Positions 16,069 to 18,998 of a stretch of 18,998 nucleotides of DNA are shown in pieces. Position 1 is the first letter of the stretch, and the number at the start of each line of letters is the position of its first letter. The notes under the pieces are model-generated. The model was given only the letters and a program-made list of their open reading frames with translations, did no database searches and was not told the origin of the DNA. The translations under genes were made by a program, and so were the position numbers. The stretch is from assembly GCA_964510165.1 (NCBI GenBank), contig CAZEBC010000063.1, positions 1 through 18,998 on the forward strand, in the 5' to 3' direction. This DNA is from an uncultured bacterium (GTDB lineage Bacteria; Abyssobacteria; SURF-5).

Positions 16069-17985
16069 TCATCCGCGTTCTTCTGAAGGCGCGACACCGG
16101 TTACCCACGTCGGCGGGCCGGGTTGCTCCTCCGCGACCGGCAGAACCACAATGAACGTGGCGCCCCCCCCGACCTCGCTTCTCACAAGTATCTCACCATT
16201 ATGGTCCTTGATGATGCCGTAGCTGATCGAGAGCCCCAGGCCCGTGCACTCTCCCGGCTTTCGGGTCGTGAAAAATGGGTCAAATATCTTATCCATGAGT
16301 TCCGGCTTGATTCCCTCGCCTGTGTCGCGCATCGAGACGCGCACGGCACGATTTTCCTCATCGGCGGTTGTGGTCACATAAAGCGTTCCGCCCTCCGGCA
16401 TCGCCTTGCGCGCATTAACGACGATATTAAGAAACACCTGCTGCAACTCGTTGGAGTCGCCCATGACAACGGGCAGGTTCTCGGCGAAGTCGGTCTTGAC
16501 TTCAATCTTGCCCTTCCTTAAATTGGTCTGCATGAAACCGAGCGTCTCGCGGACAACCTCATTCAAGTCAAGCGGCCGGAAGTGCTTCTCGGATACGCGG
16601 GCGAACGTCAGCAGGCTGCCGACAATGGACTTGCACCTTTGAATTTCGCGCTCGACGTACACGAGGTTTTCCTGAAAGCCCTTGATCTCTTTTTCGCTCA
16701 GGTTATTCAGACCGCGTGAACGAACCGTCTCGGCAAAGACCTGGAGAAACGCGTAGATTCCGGCGAGAGGGTTGTTCAATTCGTGCGCCAGTCCGGCGGC
16801 CAGTTCTCCAACCGCCGCCAGTTTGGTGGATTGTATGAGCTTTGCCTGGGCGTCCGCGAGCTGACGGCCTCGCTCGGCCACGAGCTCTTCGAGCGTCTGG
16901 TTCCAGTGCTCGAGTTCTTCCCTGTACTTCTTCAGGTCGGTCACCATTCTGTTGAACGAATCGCTGAGTTCGCCCACCTCATCCCAGGTCTTCACCGGAA
17001 CGTACTGGTCAAGGTCGCCCTCGGCCACTTTCTTGCTCGCCTGGGAGAGCAGCCGGATGGGGCGAACCGTGCGGGAGACGGTCATGACATAGACGGGCAC
17101 GACAATGAGGAGCATCAAGCCGACAACCGTTGCGGTCGTCGTCAGGATGTTGTGCTTGGCCTTGACAAGGTCATCAATCAATTCGTAGACAGCGACAAGC
17201 ATCTCCTTCTTGTGGCTCACGCTGAGAGGGACAAGCGCCATCTTGACGGAGTGCTGGCCACACTGGAACTCCGCCAGGTACGGGGTGTCGGCGTTCAATG
17301 TCCTGCGCATGACATCCAAAGTTATGTCATGGCGAAATGGCTCGCATTCCTTTTCTTCCGCCGTGGCCCCGACAAGTTCTCCACGATAGTAAATCTCAAT
17401 CCTGTGTGCGCCAGTCTTCTGAAGCAAGCCCTGAAGAAAGGCCGTGTCAATGGCTCTCCCTACCGTTATCACTGAGCGACTGCCGGCCCTGCCTTCGATG
17501 GGGGCGACCGCCGCTATGGATACGCCGCTCCTGCCGCGGTCCCGGGAAGAGACCACGCCGGTTGTCCGTATGCCCAACATTCCGAGCCTGCTCAAGGACG
17601 GGTCATGACCGGGCACTTCAGCGCCTCCGCCAATATTGGAATAAATCTGGTTCTCCTTCAGGAACTCTAGCAAGTAAATGAGAATGAGACGGCTGTCGCG
17701 GGCTTCAGAAATGTGTCCCGCCAGCTTTTCGGTGTCAGCCATGAACTGCGAGTAGAACGCAAGGCTTGTCTCCATGTCGGAGACAACCTCCTGAATGATC
17801 CGGACATCTTGCTTGAGCTTGTCGTTGACCCGTGCTTCCACATTGGCCGACACAAGGTCAGTCATTGCATAGATGGTCATGGCGCCGATCAGGACCATCA
17901 CGATGATAAACGGGATGAATATCTTGTTCTGAATCTTGTTTGCGCGCGCGAGGAAGCGTTTCCAGGAGGTAACGAGACCGGCCAT
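16069..17985 (-). CDS. Sensor histidine kinase (TM - periplasmic Cache-like region - TM - HAMP - HisKA - HATPase)
   Basis: TM1 IFIPFIIVMVLIGAMTIYAM; TM2 VVGLMLLIVVPVYVM; HAMP (P...L......VAEGDL, DEVGELSDSFN.M); H-box AHELNNPL; N-box QVFLNIVVNA; DTGEGI, FDPFFTT, TGLGL. The ATG at 17985 lies 2 nt after the upstream stop. Confidence 0.96.
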   Translation of the reverse strand: MAGLVTSWKRFLARANKIQNKIFIPFIIVMVLIGAMTIYAMTDLVSANVEARVNDKLKQDVRIIQEVVSDMETSLAFYSQFMADTEKLAGHISEARDSRLILIYLLEFLKENQIYSNIGGGAEVPGHDPSLSRLGMLGIRTTGVVSSRDRGRSGVSIAAVAPIEGRAGSRSVITVGRAIDTAFLQGLLQKTGAHRIEIYYRGELVGATAEEKECEPFRHDITLDVMRRTLNADTPYLAEFQCGQHSVKMALVPLSVSHKKEMLVAVYELIDDLVKAKHNILTTTATVVGLMLLIVVPVYVMTVSRTVRPIRLLSQASKKVAEGDLDQYVPVKTWDEVGELSDSFNRMVTDLKKYREELEHWNQTLEELVAERGRQLADAQAKLIQSTKLAAVGELAAGLAHELNNPLAGIYAFLQVFAETVRSRGLNNLSEKEIKGFQENLVYVEREIQRCKSIVGSLLTFARVSEKHFRPLDLNEVVRETLGFMQTNLRKGKIEVKTDFAENLPVVMGDSNELQQVFLNIVVNARKAMPEGGTLYVTTTADEENRAVRVSMRDTGEGIKPELMDKIFDPFFTTRKPGECTGLGLSISYGIIKDHNGEILVRSEVGGGATFIVVLPVAEEQPGPPTWVTGVAPSEERG

Positions 17986-17987
17986 TG

Positions 17988-18998
17988 TCAAGAGCTTCCC
18001 TCCTTACTGTCGGCAAGGAGGTCTTCGGGTTTCACGCCGATTTCGCCCAGCATCTTGTAGAGCTCGGCGTAGTCGGAGTCATGCGTGGGAAGGAACTGCC
18101 TGGCATTGCCCAACGCGGCAAGCGCTTCCTTGCCGTCGGACTGCAGCGGCATGTCAAGCAAGAACTGCAGTATCGTCGAACCGATGTTAAAACCGGGAGA
18201 TGGCGGTTCATAAGACGATTCGGCCCGCGCGGCCCTTCCATGGTGACAGTCGAAACACGGGAGACTCAAGCTCTTCCTCACGACAAATGCGTTGGAGGGC
18301 ACGGGAGGCGATTGCGCCAGAATCCTGAGGCTTGACTTCAAGGCCGGATTCTCATTGGCGAGCATGAGGTATATGAGGTCCTTGGCCGCGCCCACGTCCG
18401 CCTTGTTATGAAGCACCGCAAGGATTGCATCCTCATGCGTGTCGACAAAGGCCGCTTCGGAGAAATGATCCCGGTAGTCATTTATCCCATGTCTCTTGAA
18501 ATAATAAAGGGGGAACACGTACCCGGCGGTAGTCGTCCGCCCCCCCATCACGAGCCGTTTCCCTTTCATGTCATCAATGTCCTCAATGCCGCTGTCCGCG
18601 CGAACAAAGATGATTCCCCGATACGCGGAAAGACCGTTATAATCAGGCCTGGCCAATACGTCCACATAGTTGTGGACCGTGGCATATGCAAAGCTGCCAA
18701 GAAACGCCGCGTTTATGTCACCATCGGTCAACGCGCGACAGGCTTCGATATATGTGGAGAAAAGCTTCAGCTTCACGGAGAACCTTTCCCCAAGGCGACG
18801 CGACAGATACTCCACAAGTGGCTGGTATCTCTGGTTTTGAACCATCACGTTCTGCTCGGGCACTATGCCGATCACGATCTCGTATCGTTGCGGGACATAC
18901 CCGGAATTCTCTAAAATATGCGACCCCGTGTCGGAAAAGATGAAATTGACAAATCTCATCGTGGCCGCTTTGGGGGACCGCCCAAGTATCAGCCCGAG
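17988..18998 (-). CDS. Periplasmic solute-binding protein, 5'-truncated: tail of a PstS-like domain fused to a PhnD-like (phosphonate-bd) domain carrying a CxxCH insertion
   Basis: The frame is open to the window edge (LGLILGRSPKAATMRFVNFIFSDTGSHILENSGYVP, a typical PstS/ModA-type C-terminus). It continues with PhnD-like motifs IGIVPE, Y.PL.EYL, AAFLGSF, YRG.IFVR.DSGI....D.KGK, TTAGY.FP, HE..I.AV....AD.GA.K, F.PT.DSDY, and CFDCH at 18243-18257. Confidence 0.88.
   Translation of the reverse strand, partial: LGLILGRSPKAATMRFVNFIFSDTGSHILENSGYVPQRYEIVIGIVPEQNVMVQNQRYQPLVEYLSRRLGERFSVKLKLFSTYIEACRALTDGDINAAFLGSFAYATVHNYVDVLARPDYNGLSAYRGIIFVRADSGIEDIDDMKGKRLVMGGRTTTAGYVFPLYYFKRHGINDYRDHFSEAAFVDTHEDAILAVLHNKADVGAAKDLIYLMLANENPALKSSLRILAQSPPVPSNAFVVRKSLSLPCFDCHHGRAARAESSYEPPSPGFNIGSTILQFLLDMPLQSDGKEALAALGNARQFLPTHDSDYAELYKMLGEIGVKPEDLLADSKEGSS

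Noticed and set aside
14581-17475. + strand ORFs 14581-15375, 15391-16023 and 16783-17475
   Set aside because: Antisense shadows of the response regulator and histidine kinase.
17988-18998. Phosphonate ABC transporter (phnD) or arsenite sensor aioX call
   Set aside because: No phnC/phnE lies downstream, the gene is coupled to a kinase, and the AioX-type Cys position is not Cys. No gene symbol was assigned.
1-18998. sigma54 (-24/-12) promoter, CRISPR array, tRNA/rRNA, defence system
   Set aside because: I found no convincing TGGCAC-N5-TTGC site in the intergenic regions, no regularly spaced repeats and no RNA gene signatures. The kinase-TPR protein belongs to a widespread signalling family with no defence-gene neighbours here.

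Overview
GC-rich bacterial chromosomal window with 16 credible CDSs and no RNA gene, CRISPR array, transposase or integrase. In order: a Zn-ribbon/TM hypothetical protein with a beta-rich C-terminus (+); a Hanks-type Ser/Thr kinase with TolB-like and TPR domains (-); a Cys-rich hypothetical protein (-); a DUF35(Zn-ribbon/OB)-SCP2 fusion plus a thiolase-fold protein lacking the nucleophilic Cys (-); ogt, a TPR protein, an alpha/beta hydrolase and an M19 dipeptidase (+); a cca-nadD-yqeK-yjbQ housekeeping run (-); and a three-gene signalling unit (-) of a periplasmic binding protein (5'-truncated by the window edge), a HAMP histidine kinase and a sigma54 NtrC-type regulator. The best candidate for a new system is that last unit. 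Its binding protein appears to be a PstS-like + PhnD-like tandem with a CxxCH c-type heme motif inside a ~25 aa insertion, which suggests a combined oxyanion/redox sensor. The second candidate is the Cys-less thiolase + DUF35-SCP2 pair, a probable retro-aldolase for hydrophobic acyl-CoAs. Intergenic regions hold several GTAG-type REP-like palindromes, two inverted BoxC-like repeats and four near-consensus sigma70 promoters. All family assignments come from motif recognition by eye; no database search was run.
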